Assembly: GCA_963781885.1 (NCBI GenBank)
Contig: CAWAHW010000005.1
Coordinates: 256,001 to 320,000, forward strand
Source: an uncultured Spirochaetota bacterium
Lineage (GTDB): Bacteria; Spirochaetota; Spirochaetia; SZUA-6; Fen-1364
Reading direction: 5' to 3'
DNA: 64,000 nt
Below, one piece after another: positions 62,711-64,000 of the stretch (the first letter of the stretch is position 1; each line of letters starts with the position of its first letter). Position numbers and translations under genes: made by a program. Below the pieces are notes generated by a model. It had not been told where the DNA came from. It did not search any database and was given only the letters and a program-made list of their open reading frames with translations.

Positions 62711-63976
62711 CTAAGCGCGGAACGATTCCAGCGCCCGAAAGTCCAACGTGGCAAAGTAGTCGTCCTCGGTCTCAGCCCTCCGGATCTGAAGCACTGAGCC
62801 ATCTTCCCTAAGTAGTAGCTCCGCCGAGCGAAGCTTGCCGTTGTAGTTGAAACCCATTGAATGGCCATGAGCCCCGGTGTCGTGAATGACAAGAAGGTCT
62901 CCTATTTGGATTTCAGGTAGGTTGCGGTCCACCGCAAATCTGTCGATCGGTTCGCAGAGTGATCCAGTTACGTCGTACAGGCAGTTGTGAGGAGCCTGTT
63001 CCTTCCCAAGAACGCTAATGTGGTGGTAGGCCTCGTACATGCCTGGCCGCATGAGATGGGCCATAGAGGCATCCAGTCCCACATGCTTTTTGTAGATGTC
63101 CTTGATGTGCAGTACTCGCGAGACCAAATAGCCGTACGGACCGGTGATCATCCTGCCGCACTCCATGAAAAGACTCAGCGGATGCAGGCCGTTGGCTTGA
63201 ATGATCTGATCATACACCCGTCTGATTCCGTTGCTTACGACCTCCAGATCAACCGCACGTTCCTCCGGTTTGTAGGGAATGCCAATGCCGCCGCTGATGT
63301 TGACGAACTCCGTGCGGAGGCCGGTGCGTTTGTTGGCCTCGACACTGAGATCAAACATCATTTTGGCGGTATCAACGAAATACTGTGGATTCAGTTCGTT
63401 GGAGGCGATGAAAGTATGGAGTCCGAAACGGGTCGCCCCTCTGTCGCGCAACTGCTGAAGACCTTGGAAGACCTGTTCCCTGGTGAATCCGTACTTCGCC
63501 TTTTCGGGATTACCCATGATGAAGCTGCCATCCCGGAGCTTGCCAGGGTTGTAGCGGATGGAGATCAGCTTCGGAATGCCGCCGTTGCGTTCCAGAAAGG
63601 GGATGTGGCTTATGTCGTCGAGGTTGATTGTAGCGCCCAGCTCTCGGGCCTTCACGAACTCTGCCGAGGGAGTGTCGTTTGAGCTGAACATGATCTCGCT
63701 ACCAATGAACCCGGCCCGTTGGGCAAGCAGCAGTTCGGGCAGTGAGCTGCAGTCCGTTCAAAACCCTTCGGTTCTCAGAATCTTGAGAATGAAAGGGTTG
63801 GGTGTCGCCTTGACGGCGAAGTACTCCTTGAATCCCAGATTCCAACTAAAAACCTTCACCAGTCTGGCCGCGTTCCGACGGATTGCTCTCTCGTCATAGA
63901 TATGGAACGGCGTGGGAAACCGGGAGGCGATCTGTTCAAGCTGTTTCGGCTCGAAAGGATGGGTCTTTTGTTGCAT
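62711..63976 (-). pseudogene. lysA: Diaminopimelate decarboxylase with an in-frame TGA at codon 73 (63758-60), upstream of attC12
   Basis: FAVKA PLP lysine, GGGIG, E.GR, GSLCE, GAHG.SM..NYN; the two ORFs are in the same frame separated only by TGA. Confidence 0.85.
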
Positions 63977-64000
63977 GCAGGTTCCTCGGCATGTGGTATG

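Noticed and set aside
63758-63760. TGA in lysA as selenocysteine or genetic code 25 (TGA=Gly)
   Set aside because: The position is a Gly site, not Cys. It is the only such TGA among many Gly codons, and TGA serves as stop elsewhere in the window. Nonsense mutation or sequencing error is simpler.

Overview
Two distinct halves. 1-43.2 kb is GC-rich chromosomal backbone, spirochaete-like judging by gene content: CapA-family protein, a divergent LeuA-like enzyme, MFS, efp/epmA, M16 peptidase, rnz, a panE-M20-liv ABC-DmpA-panB cluster, a Gld-type ABC exporter, a degenerate GGDEF protein, MEMO1, two Maf/DUF115 proteins, a very acidic protein, ftsB, tsaC, lon, recO, thpR, pdp, recJ, M23, rpsU and a polar amino-acid ABC system, ending at an initiator tRNA-Met (43229-43301). 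Several of these genes carry single frameshifts that are probably assembly errors. 43.4-64 kb is visibly less GC-rich. It holds a truncated integrase-like fragment followed by an integron gene-cassette array read on the minus strand, with 12 attC sites of 114-116 bp in two sequence families delimiting 11 complete cassettes plus two edge units. No intI is in the window; it is expected beyond 64000 if it exists. Cargo includes DinB-family, ICMT, TetR+AKR, two TA modules, a VOC protein, unknown secreted/membrane proteins, apparently gene-less cassettes and a lysA with an in-frame TGA. Six IS elements (IS5, IS3, IS200, two IS481-like, IS21) sit in the array. Most notable: two different IS481-like elements are both inserted, in the same orientation with 3-bp duplications, exactly 14 bp from the attC crossover, suggesting attC-guided targeting. 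Every complete cassette also has cassette-specific terminal inverted complementarity of 8-14 bp, longer than the 7-bp core.
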